From assembly GCA_048128005.1 (NCBI GenBank), contig JBEUKZ010000114.1, positions 62,001 to 126,000 of the forward strand: a DNA stretch of 64,000 nt, read 5' to 3'. The notes beneath the pieces are model-generated. The model was not told the DNA's origin and did no database searches. It saw nothing but the letters and a program-made list of their open reading frames with translations. This document shows, piece by piece, positions 10,194 to 19,180 of this stretch. The stretch is from Veleropilina oligotropha (Eukaryota). Both the position numbers and the translations under genes were made by a program. How positions within the stretch are numbered: position 1 is the stretch's first letter; each line of letters begins with the position of its first letter.

Positions 10194-10797
10194 ACGATTT
10201 CCGCACACCAAGGACCCCCACTCCGCAATCATCTGCGGTCAGACCGGTTGTGGGAAGGCGGTTTTCATGCTTGAACTGCTGGAGGGGGAGTATCGAGGCG
10301 TCTTCCGGCATATCGTGGTCCTCTGCCCCACGATCAAGTACAACAAAGCATACCAGTCTTGTCCGTGGATCTGGACCGACCCTGAGGTGTATTTAGTCCC
10401 CCCGGGTGAGCGACTCCATGACTGGCTGCGGGGGTTCTACCGACTGTTCCAGGGGGAATCAACTTTATATATCATCGACGATTGCGCCGCCAGCAAAGCT
10501 ATGGCAAAGAGGAGGGATATGCTGACTTTGTTGGCCTTCAGCGGCAGGCACGCCGAACAGAGCGTATGGGTAGTGACGCAAAAATACAACTCGATCTTAA
10601 AGGAGCTTCGGGAGCAGACCCGCTGGATCGCGCTGTTTCATTGTAAGGACCGCGACAGTTTTGAAGACTGCCTTCGCGAGAATGACGTAATCCCGTCGCA
10701 GGATGAGAGAACCGCGGTTCGCCGGCTGTTGGCCGAGACCAGACACGCCAAGCTCCTGTTAAAGACCGATCAGCCGGTTGCTTATAGTGTGCTGTAG
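10165..10797 (+). CDS. E1 A32/FtsK-HerA-type DNA packaging ATPase, 210 aa
   Basis: Walker A GQTGCGKA (Thr to Ala), Walker B YIIDD, SGRH arginine finger, TQ sensor. Confidence 0.9.
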   Translation: MADLSKHCTKRFPHTKDPHSAIICGQTGCGKAVFMLELLEGEYRGVFRHIVVLCPTIKYNKAYQSCPWIWTDPEVYLVPPGERLHDWLRGFYRLFQGESTLYIIDDCAASKAMAKRRDMLTLLAFSGRHAEQSVWVVTQKYNSILKELREQTRWIALFHCKDRDSFEDCLRENDVIPSQDERTAVRRLLAETRHAKLLLKTDQPVAYSVL

Positions 10798-10829
10798 CAT
10801 CTACCTAGCAGCTACTTAGCTAGCTAGGC

Positions 10830-11564
10830 ATGTCGGACGCTGTATATGCGGCGTTGGCTACAAGCCAATGTGCCGTGTTGCTCCTACTCGTAACCTTGTG
10901 GTACTGGCACTATCGTTATATTAGACCGCTCCGAAGATGTTCGAAACGCTTGAGGATGGACAGCCTTCTCGATCAACTCATGGACGACGAACAAGAAACG
11001 ACCGTGGCCGGGCCACCCCGCTCGACGCACGAGGACCCTAAAACCGGCGTAGCAGAGAAACGGGAGAAGCTTGCAGCATTAGCCATTGGAGGACAGGCAG
11101 GCAAATACTTGGGGAGTAACCTCACAGTTGACCGAATAGACGATATGACCGCCGAAGAGGTTGAGAAACACCATGCTCGATATGAAGCCAAGCTAGGTGC
11201 GGAGATGACGAAGACCCTGGGGACTGCAGCCATAAACCTCTATGCGGGGGCAGCTGGGATGCTCTTGCCCATCCCACCACAAAACCAACTACCACTGGTC
11301 GCTGACCTCGAGGCCGACCCTTTCATCTCACATGCGCTGTGCACTGCAAGCTGTGAGCTGTATCACAAGTACGGCATGTACCTCGCACTGCTGACCGCAG
11401 CGTTGACCACGGCTAAGCACTGCCAATTTGGACATGTTTGCCCGCCTAAAATACCAGATCAAGATGACGACGCCGGAAGTGGACCAAATGATCGAGAGCC
11501 CGCAGAGCCAGCCGATCGAGAGCCAGCCGATAGAGAGGGTGACTTCAGACTCATCGGTGAGTAA
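10830..11564 (+). CDS. E1 conserved viral protein with N-terminal hydrophobic helix, 244 aa
   Basis: Orthologue at 35278-36030. The true start could be the downstream MDSLLDQL. Confidence 0.75.
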   Translation: MSDAVYAALATSQCAVLLLLVTLWYWHYRYIRPLRRCSKRLRMDSLLDQLMDDEQETTVAGPPRSTHEDPKTGVAEKREKLAALAIGGQAGKYLGSNLTVDRIDDMTAEEVEKHHARYEAKLGAEMTKTLGTAAINLYAGAAGMLLPIPPQNQLPLVADLEADPFISHALCTASCELYHKYGMYLALLTAALTTAKHCQFGHVCPPKIPDQDDDAGSGPNDREPAEPADREPADREGDFRLIGE

Positions 11565-11961
11565 AAAGGACCCAAAAAAAGTGGCTGCAGGTAGGGCCGG
11601 CGCCGCGGCTCGAAAAGCCAAGCAGGAGAGGCTCCTTGCCGACGTTCGAAGACTCAAAGAAGACGTGCGTGCCCCAACAAGTGTTGTCGTTCCATCAGAA
11701 CAGCCGGAGGCAGTTCCAGCCGCCGAAAGGCCGCGTGCGCCAGATACACGAAAATCGGACCCATTTAATTGGACCCAGATAGCCGTCGCTGCCGGTACGG
11801 TTGCGTTGGTATTTGTTGTCTGGAAGACGTCCTCAGAACGCAGCAACCCTGGTCCATCCACACCACATCAACAGCCACCAGATGCGGACGCTAGGCAGCC
11901 TCGGGCCCTGGCCCCCCCCACTATCGAATTGAAGAAGCAGAACCCTTTTCATATGCAATAG
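11464..11961 (+). CDS. E1 basic-motif (KKDPKKVAAGRAGAAARKAK) protein with TM helix
   Basis: Start MTT set by the E2 orthologue 34869-35369. TM segment IAVAAGTVALVFVVW. Confidence 0.75.
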   Translation: MTTPEVDQMIESPQSQPIESQPIERVTSDSSVSKKDPKKVAAGRAGAAARKAKQERLLADVRRLKEDVRAPTSVVVPSEQPEAVPAAERPRAPDTRKSDPFNWTQIAVAAGTVALVFVVWKTSSERSNPGPSTPHQQPPDADARQPRALAPPTIELKKQNPFHMQ

Positions 11962-11990
11962 TCGCAAATCAATAGTACTAATCAACAGTT

Positions 11991-12230
11991 ATGACTACCC
12001 CAATCACTGATGGAAAGATGCTCGGCAACGCTGTATATCACGCAGCTATAGTGTCAGGCCTCGCCATTGGCTACTCGCGCCTGGTAAAGATGGCCTTCAA
12101 GGGGGCGAGCCCCAAACTGGACGTCACGGGTTACGATGTCGGGATGGTCGTCCTCGACGTAGTGCTCGCCATGGCGACGAAAGACTTGCTGATCAAGCAA
12201 GGTTTGATCCCGGCCGATATATTGAAGTAG
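11991..12230 (+). CDS. E1 small hydrophobic protein, 79 aa
   Basis: Near-identical orthologue at 34599-34838 with many synonymous changes. Confidence 0.85.
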   Translation: MTTPITDGKMLGNAVYHAAIVSGLAIGYSRLVKMAFKGASPKLDVTGYDVGMVVLDVVLAMATKDLLIKQGLIPADILK

Positions 12231-12261
12231 TGGGACCTTGCTAGATAATCGCAGCACTTCA

Positions 12262-12693
12262 ATGGCTTCCATTGCGATGCTGGTTGGGGGCGCTCTGGTC
12301 AACGCCCTCGCCTTCAGCGGATCCAACTTCCTCTTCTCGAAGCTACGCAGCTCCGGTGTTGATGAGGAGCGTAAACGCCACGACATTGCTGTAGAACAGC
12401 TCAACGCCGCGCAGACTAAATGGTCACAACAGAGGGCAGAGCGTCTCGACTGGCTGAACGTTGAACTTCGCCGCCAGGGTCATGCCGTTGGCACATTCCG
12501 GGATGTTGACGCCGCGATCCGTGAGTATGCAATAATCACAGGCAAGAACCTTGACCCCACCGCCATGGGTGGTGGTCCTGAGCCCGCCCTGTCCGACTAC
12601 TACACGCCTAGTGATGGCCAGAAGGGACGTGAGATCACCTTCATCATCCTGGGGATGGCTGCGACCGGGTTGGTAGCCTACAAGCTCGCCTAA
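12262..12693 (+). CDS. E1 membrane protein with N- and C-terminal hydrophobic helices, 143 aa
   Basis: Orthologue at 34144-34575 starting MASIAML. Confidence 0.85.
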   Translation: MASIAMLVGGALVNALAFSGSNFLFSKLRSSGVDEERKRHDIAVEQLNAAQTKWSQQRAERLDWLNVELRRQGHAVGTFRDVDAAIREYAIITGKNLDPTAMGGGPEPALSDYYTPSDGQKGREITFIILGMAATGLVAYKLA

Positions 12694-12732
12694 TTATTTC
12701 TAGTGAACATTTTTTCGTGGACATGTATAGTA

Positions 12733-13023
12733 ATGGGGCTCCCAGAAGAGCTGTACTGCGCTATGCTTGCGGTCAGCGGGGTGGCGCATAGTACTACGTC
12801 ACTCGACTGCTGGCGCCGCGATGAAAAGACTATGGTGCGGTTCGCGGTCCTGGTGCTCTCGGGCCCGACCAACCTTTGGGCGACCACTGCGCAGCGACCG
12901 GCTCCGGAAGCTGAAGCCTGTTGGAGACTGATCAGTTTACTGGAATACATTGCCAGTCTCGATGGCAGCGAAGACCGCCAAAAGAACTCGAGGGCGCGGA
13001 ATGAACCGGAAGCTTGCAAATAG
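12733..13023 (+). CDS. E1 conserved hypothetical protein overlapping the integrase start
   Basis: TTSLDCWRR.EKTMVRFAV.VLSGPTNL...EAEACWRLI is shared with E2 33840-34076. Start uncertain. Confidence 0.55.
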   Translation: MGLPEELYCAMLAVSGVAHSTTSLDCWRRDEKTMVRFAVLVLSGPTNLWATTAQRPAPEAEACWRLISLLEYIASLDGSEDRQKNSRARNEPEACK

Positions 13024-13999
13024 CTACTATAGCCCCCGAGGCTACTGGAAAGGGATCGCCGCGATAAAACATCTCTCGGCCGCAGTAGATGTCTCTGAAG
13101 ACGTGGCCCGGGATTGGCTGAAGAAGCAGGCCATCTGGCAAATCTATTTACCTGCGCCACGGCGGATTCCAAGACCAAAATTCAACGTCGAAACGCCGAA
13201 CGAGGTTCACCAAGCCGAACTCCTGTTTCTCCCACATGACAAGGTCGGTCGTAAAACGTACAAGTACGCTCTGACTGTGGTTGATGTGGCCAGTCGCTAT
13301 AAAGAAGCTGAGCCATTGGCCACAAAAGAGGCCAAAGGGGTTGCTGAAGCTCTGTCTCGAATCTACAGGTGGAGTCCTCTTAGCTGGCCGAAATTGCTTC
13401 AGGTTGATCCAGGGCGGGAGTTTATGGGCGCGGTCTCCCAGCTGCTGGCAAAGAATAATGTCGAGGTTAGGCGTGGCCGTGTGGATCTCCATCGCGATCA
13501 AGGCATTGTGGAGCGCTTCAACCGGACGCTCGCTGAGCGGCTCTTCGGGCACCAGTATGCAAAAGAGATGCGGTTTGCAGAGTCTGCGAAAGAGGGTCAA
13601 AGGTCGACTGAGTGGGTCGCCCGGATACCCGCTGTAGTTGCGGCCTTGAATGGGGAAGTGACCAGGCTGACCGGTAAAAAGCCCAAGGACGCCATCAAGG
13701 CACCTCGCGTTGCCCAAAAGCCCTCTTCCACTGTTCCAGGCCGACAGGGGAAGGAACAGAAACTCCCCTCTGACGTAGATGTTCGATACCTATACCAACC
13801 CGGTGAGTTGGAGGGTGGTCGCCGCCACGCTACTGACCCGGTGTGGTCTTTGACGGTTCACAGGCTTGGACGCTCCGTCACTAAGCCTGACGAGCCTGTG
13901 CTCTACTACTTGCTCGATGGACCACCGCGTGGGTTTGTTCGAGAGGAACTTCTCGTGGTGCCTCGTGACACCCAGCTGCCGCCGGTTCTCAGGCGTTAA
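12962..13999 (+). CDS. E1 retroviral-type (rve) integrase of Polinton type
   Basis: HQAELL (first catalytic D replaced by E), LTVVDVASRY, QVDPGREF, VERFNRT. MAAK start is shared with E2. Confidence 0.92.
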   Translation: MAAKTAKRTRGRGMNRKLANSYYSPRGYWKGIAAIKHLSAAVDVSEDVARDWLKKQAIWQIYLPAPRRIPRPKFNVETPNEVHQAELLFLPHDKVGRKTYKYALTVVDVASRYKEAEPLATKEAKGVAEALSRIYRWSPLSWPKLLQVDPGREFMGAVSQLLAKNNVEVRRGRVDLHRDQGIVERFNRTLAERLFGHQYAKEMRFAESAKEGQRSTEWVARIPAVVAALNGEVTRLTGKKPKDAIKAPRVAQKPSSTVPGRQGKEQKLPSDVDVRYLYQPGELEGGRRHATDPVWSLTVHRLGRSVTKPDEPVLYYLLDGPPRGFVREELLVVPRDTQLPPVLRR

Positions 14000-16900
14000 C
14001 AGCTGCTGCTCCCTCGTTTTCGGTTACATTCCAGACACGTTAAGCGCACGTTGTCGCGGATGTGGCCCCTGCTGTTGTCCACACGGTCGACACTGAACTG
14101 CTGTGTGTCTTTGGGCTGGTAGGCCCAGAGCAGCTCTATGTTGCATGCCGCGCAGCGGTTGTTTTGGGCGTCTTTGAGCTGCAGGATGTCATCGACCTTG
14201 AGGTTAAATCCCGGGAGTCCCTTGGCCTGGTCCTGGCGTTTGTACGCCACAAGCTTTTTCTGGATGGTCTTTCGAACCTGCTGCTTGCTCTGCGGCGGCC
14301 TGTCCTCAGAACCCTCATCCGGAGGACAGGTTACCCGTTCGAGCGGATTCAGCAGCTCCACCCGGGACATGGCTAGGTAGGCGAGATTGCTCCACTGAAG
14401 GTAGTCGTCGATGATCCAGACTTTATGTGGGTCGTGAATCGTAAGACCCTGGCTCGAATGGATGGTGAGAGCATATCCCAGGCGCCAATCCGGGGTCAGG
14501 ATAGCCCTTTCAGCGGCGTCAATGGTGACCTCGACGACGTCGTTCAGAACTAGCTCTTCTCTTTCGTCGGTGCCCGGAATCGTTACCATGATGTTTTGCT
14601 TACGGGTGTCCCTGGGGTGGTACAGGATAGGTACCAGGGAGTCTGGGAAGTGCTCCTTGTGCCTCTGGAGCAACAGCTGTTGAGCCCGTTCGCGGACCTT
14701 CTGACGGCTGGTGAGGATTAGGTCGCCTGGCTTCCAGGTGTTGACGAACCGATCCCATCCAAGGCAGCTAGGGAGCGTCTTACGCATCTCGCCGCACTGG
14801 ACTTTATCGGGCTGGAGACGTATCCGTCTTTTCAGGGCTTGGAGGGCAGGGTCGTCTTTCGCCCTGTAGTCTACTTCGATCTCCTCATAGTAGTCCGCGG
14901 TCCTTCGCAGCCAATCGTGCGGCATCTCGCCCGTAATCGGTGGTGGCTGGCCTTGATCGCCACAGCAGATAACCTGCACTTCGTGGCGGCCCAGCCAGTC
15001 CAAGAACATCTCGAGGATGTGCCGCGGAACAGTACAGACCTCGTCCCAGATAATGACACGGGGGATGAACTTCTGGCCCATGCGGTCGGGTGTCCAGTCA
15101 TTCTGGCCGCTCCATCGGAAGAAGCTGTGGTAGGTCTGGGCTTTGACGCCTCTGGTCCGCATCTCTTTAGCGAGGCGGTGGGTTGGTGTGAACACGACGG
15201 GATTCCTTGCCCGAAAGAGCTCGATCGCTCTCGTAGTCTTGCCACAGCCCCCTCCACCATTGAGGTAACTCAGGCGATGGTGGGTCAGTGTGTCATTGTA
15301 GCATGGCGCGGTGCTCGGCGGCACGTCCTTCTCGGACTGCGTGTACTCCGGCTTGGGTAGGTATGCGGCATGTTCCTGTGGCATGTACAGCTGTTCGCCC
15401 TTGTCACGCCACTGGGCCGGTGCTACTGGCGGAAGGTACGGCTCCGCGATCAGACATGAGATGCACGATTTATCGCCACAGTCGCAGAGTTGGGGGGCAA
15501 CGTACACCGTGACATCGTCGAGCTTCTCCAACGAGGCCTTCTTGAGGTAGATGCTGTCAGTGGCTACTCGGACAGCCTCGTCAGGGGTGAAACGCTGAAG
15601 CATGCTCAAGAGATTTATGTGGGCATATGCCAGCATCGAGGCCCTCAGGTGGGCGTACTGTGGCTGGGAGCCATCATAGTACGTGAGGATGTGCCCCATA
15701 GGGCATCTTTGAGGTGCGCCGACCAGGGTACCACTTTGGCGGGTGTCTCTTACGAGGAAGTCCAGCTCACCCTGGTCAATCACCAGCCTCCGTGTCAATC
15801 TTTTGCCATCAGCTTTGGCACCTTGAGTGAATTTGCCGATAATGCTGCAGCCCTGGTCACGATCCAGAGGAAGCCAGACATCGGTTTGCTTTCTGAATGT
15901 AATGATGGCTTCTCGGATCTTGAGGGTCTTCACGAGGCCAGACTCTACGAGGTAGGTGAGCAGAGGCGTCGGGCACAGCCATTCTCTGCAAAGTGCTTGC
16001 CGAACCATGCGGGAATGACGGGGTGGATGTCTTGTGCGAACTCCCACCCCACGACCTCAGCAAAGCCAGTCCCGATATCTTCGGGAAGAGGACCATTAAT
16101 TGTGACTCGAGTCATGCTGTGGGTTGGGTGTCCGAATCTTTCGAAATACGGCTTAGCCTCGCCCTGCCCCAGAAAGCTGGCAGGGTAGCAGGCTTTCATA
16201 TCGATGCAGCAGACATCGCCCGTGTCGTAATTCATGGAATTCCACAGGCCACCATGGCCATGCTCTACACAGGCCTTCTGGATGTCATCGAGCAGGCTCG
16301 CTGGGGTGGGTTTCCAGCCGTTGGTCTCCTTGGCCATAATGCTAGCTGCATGGTTCACGCCAAAGGCTCGATCGGCGAGAGACTCGTTCCCCAGCGCTAT
16401 ACATGCTTCCTGGAGTCTCTCGTGATCATCTTGTGTCCTATACGTGCGACCGTCTTGCAGCACGAACTGGTCCACGCCGAGCTGTCGGTCTTTACCGCTT
16501 AGGAGCCAGACAGCTAATGGCTCGTTCCGTGTGGCTTGTCGGATAGCTTCCCAGACATCGTAGATGTGGACCTCTCTACTTTGCGGGAAGTGCAGCTCCT
16601 TGGACCATGCGTGGCCGTTGTGGCAGATGAGTTCTATGGACTTCCACATACTGGCCTGGTATTTTCCACTGTTGAAGACGTCCTCGCCGGCAATATCTCT
16701 CAAGACGATCGCCCGTTTGAGGATCCTCTCGAGGATGGATATATCATCCACAGTGGCGCCTGTTACATGAACTCGCTCTTCCCACTTCTGTATTTTTCGT
16801 CTTCGTGTCGGGGTGAGTCCGTTTCCTCGCAGGGCACCTTCAAAGTGCTCAATCACTCTTTGGGCAACGCAGTTGAGGTCGCCGTTCTTCATCGGAACCA

Positions 16901-17816
16901 GATTGGCGGGGTTTGGTTCTCTGAGAGGATAGACGCCGTAGACGACTGCAGTGACCGGGTACGCATTCTCGTAGTAGACTTTGTCGACCCCAGTGATAGC
17001 ACCCGGCTTAGTGTCCTGAGAGATCTCAAAGACACCCTGGCCCTTCTTTCTCGCAGCCTTCACCGGGTCAAACTTGTCTTCGACCATCCAGTCGCCCTCA
17101 CTCCATTCACGCAAGAACTTTATTCTAAGGACATACTCGCCCTTTGGAAGGGCTGTGAGGAGCTGTGCCGCCCTTGCATCTGTCATACGGGCATCCAGGG
17201 CCAGCCGTCCAGCCACTTCTATCCTCCATGTGGAGAAGGCCGCCGCGGCGCCATCGACCTCAAACTCGTCTTTGGCGTCGCTCAAGAGTTCCACCCATGG
17301 CTCTTTTGCTGGGAGCCTTACTGGGGGAGGGACCTGGTCATCCAGGTCGATGAATCGTTGTCCCTCGGGTGTGGTAAATTGCCCTAGAAGATCCTTCTGG
17401 TAGTCATGGGCTGTCCGGGGCGTTTTGGAGATGAGAAGATCGGGCCCCTTCCGAGCAATAGCATGGGCAAGGGTCTCTTTCCGAGACCGCTTGACGATTC
17501 GATCCGTGATGGCGCGAAGTGGCTTCAGTCGAATCCCGGGCTTTTTCGCAGCCTGGATTTCGTATTTACGGGCCTTCAGGGCCATATCGACCTCGTCCTT
17601 AAGCTGCAGCAATTCGCGAGCACGACGGCCTCTTTTGTGGGGGTTCCCCACATCTCCACGAATGGAGGGGAATCTTCCCGTTTTCATTGCCCGCTCGAGT
17701 CTCCTCCGAACCTCGGCAGCACGGACCCTGGCTATTGCCCAGATGAGGTCATTCTTCTTGAGCTTCGACCGAGCGGGGAGCCTGTAAGCTTTCGCTAAAT
17801 TACGCAGTTCATCCAT
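13996..17816 (-). pseudogene. E1 multidomain replicase (Rho-N-like, OTU-like, PolB core, SF1 helicase, HNH-like); one frameshift near 15975
   Basis: IDMKACYPAS (PolB motif A) and VATDSIY (motif C). SF1 motifs GGGGCGKTT, WDEV, GDQGQ, YR, TIHSSQG, YLAMSR. C-terminal CxxC...DRVDNSRGH..N...CxxCN. Confidence 0.88.
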
Positions 17817-17863
17817 GTTGCTGGGCGGGTATACACTAGGATCCCAGTTCTCTAATATGAAAT

Positions 17864-18139
17864 TTACGTGTGGTAAATTACAGCCATGCGGAGAAACTCT
17901 CTCTCGAAGGCCCTTTTCTTTCGTCCCCAGTCCTTAACGTCCTCATTCCGATACCCACAACCCCGGCACAACGTAAACCGGTTAAAGACGCCTTTGCCGC
18001 ATTTGATGCAGGGCTTTGTGCCCCAGCCATTTCGCCGTTGCCGAGCCAGATGGACTTTGCAATACTCGCTCAGACAGCTCTTACCGCATAGCTCCGTGGA
18101 GCTGATGGTAAGCCATTGACAGGTGTCATAGCCCTTCAT
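17864..18139 (-). CDS. E1 small Cys/His-rich zinc-finger protein, 91 aa
   Basis: C..C...C....C..H plus CxxC...CxxC pattern. Frameshifted homologue at 28542-28821. Confidence 0.75.
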   Translation of the reverse strand: MKGYDTCQWLTISSTELCGKSCLSEYCKVHLARQRRNGWGTKPCIKCGKGVFNRFTLCRGCGYRNEDVKDWGRKKRAFEREFLRMAVIYHT

Positions 18140-18287
18140 CGTAGCCTTTGCATTGGATATACCCGTCCGATGGGTATGTCTAAAAGAGAGCCCGGGCCGG
18201 CGAGGGTAACGGGCCGTCCCTACGGGCTCTTACTACATACTACTATATCGGCATGTTAGACGCTGTGTAGTTATAATTGAAATCAAC

Positions 18288-18449
18288 ATGCCGCAGAAAG
18301 ACGTTCCCATGTTGCGCAGCGCGAAAAGTTCCCGCCGCAAGGCCCCTGCCAAGGCTCCTGCCAAGGCTCCTGCCAAGGCTCCTACCAAGACTCCTGCCAA
18401 GGCTCCTGCCAAGGCCCCTGCCAAGGCTCCTGCCAAACGTCGTCCCTAG
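18288..18449 (+). CDS. E1 53-aa basic KAPA-repeat (histone H1-tail-like) microprotein
   Basis: MPQKDVPMLRSAKSSRRKAPAKAPAKAPAKAPTKTPAKAPAKAPAKAPAKRRP*, built on a 12-bp repeat (x8). Upstream context TATAATT and CAACATG. Confidence 0.55.
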   Translation: MPQKDVPMLRSAKSSRRKAPAKAPAKAPAKAPTKTPAKAPAKAPAKAPAKRRP

Positions 18450-18463
18450 TCCCACCCCTGCTG

Positions 18464-18647
18464 TGTACACACGGTGACTTTTTGTAATACACGCTATACC
18501 CTGGGGTCTGAAAGGGTGCTGGGAGCCCCCACCCCCGGGCCCCACCCTAACTCCCTAGCCCCCCACAGTAATACCAGCTCGGTTCTGAAATGGTGCTGGG
18601 AGCTTTATTTTTCCATTCTAAAAGGTATGGTCACCCCCCCTGCTGCT
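18464..18647 (-). repeat. E1 right terminal inverted repeat
   Basis: Reverse complement of 3624-3814. Confidence 0.95.
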
Positions 18648-19180
18648 AGTATTGTCAGACTCTTCTGTACGTTAAACGTGTATTGCATTTTTTTATTTTG
18701 GTAAATAATTTAATGTCCTTGAAGTTGTCAGTGAAAAAGTGTTGTCTACGTGTTAAAATAATTTATATTTTATTTTCAGTGTACACGTGTAGTAGAATGG
18801 ACTCGCCAGCAGATAAATCGAACTCTTTGGAATATATACTGTGTTAAATATGCTTTCCTCAATTTCTGGAATGGAATCGTCCATAGCATGGAATTAATGC
18901 GCATAGCATGGAATTAATGCACATAACTCGTGTTTTATTGTTTTTTAAGCGGAATGGCAACCGTGGACTCGTGTAATATAATCAACAGCTATACCAAAAG
19001 AAAACTAGGTCAAAATGGATTAAGAGCATATAATATCCAGGCTGCGTTCTAATAATGATTAAAGTAATGTGATTTTCACGCAATGTATAGCATCATCTTC
19101 GTTGGACAACGAACATTCACGAATTTTGCAGGCAGCACTGTAATATATTTATATCCTCTCTTGTGTTAATATATACATAT

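Larger units (their letters stand above)
3624..18647. mobile_element. Endogenous Polinton-like/adintovirus-like virus E1 (15.0 kb)
   Basis: TIRs with AGCAGCAG...CTGCTGCT termini and TSD AGTAT (3619-3623 / 18648-18652). GC-rich, gene-dense interior encoding MCP, penton, ATPase, integrase and a PolB-helicase replicase. Confidence 0.95.

Noticed and set aside
13996..15300. Helitron RepHel assignment for the Pif1-like helicase
   Set aside because: There are no HUH/Y2 Rep motifs, and the element has TIRs, a TSD, an integrase and capsid genes.
15945..16047. Separate polymerase and helicase genes, or a programmed frameshift, in the E1 replicase
   Set aside because: The break falls inside the PolB core, and E2 is continuous there (EKQGWITTPEL). 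It is a 1-nt lesion.
18233..18545. ALAG, LGRS and LLPR repeat ORFs in the track
   Set aside because: These are alternative frames of the same 12-bp repeat with poor starts. The KAPA frame has the ATG context and the synonymous variation.
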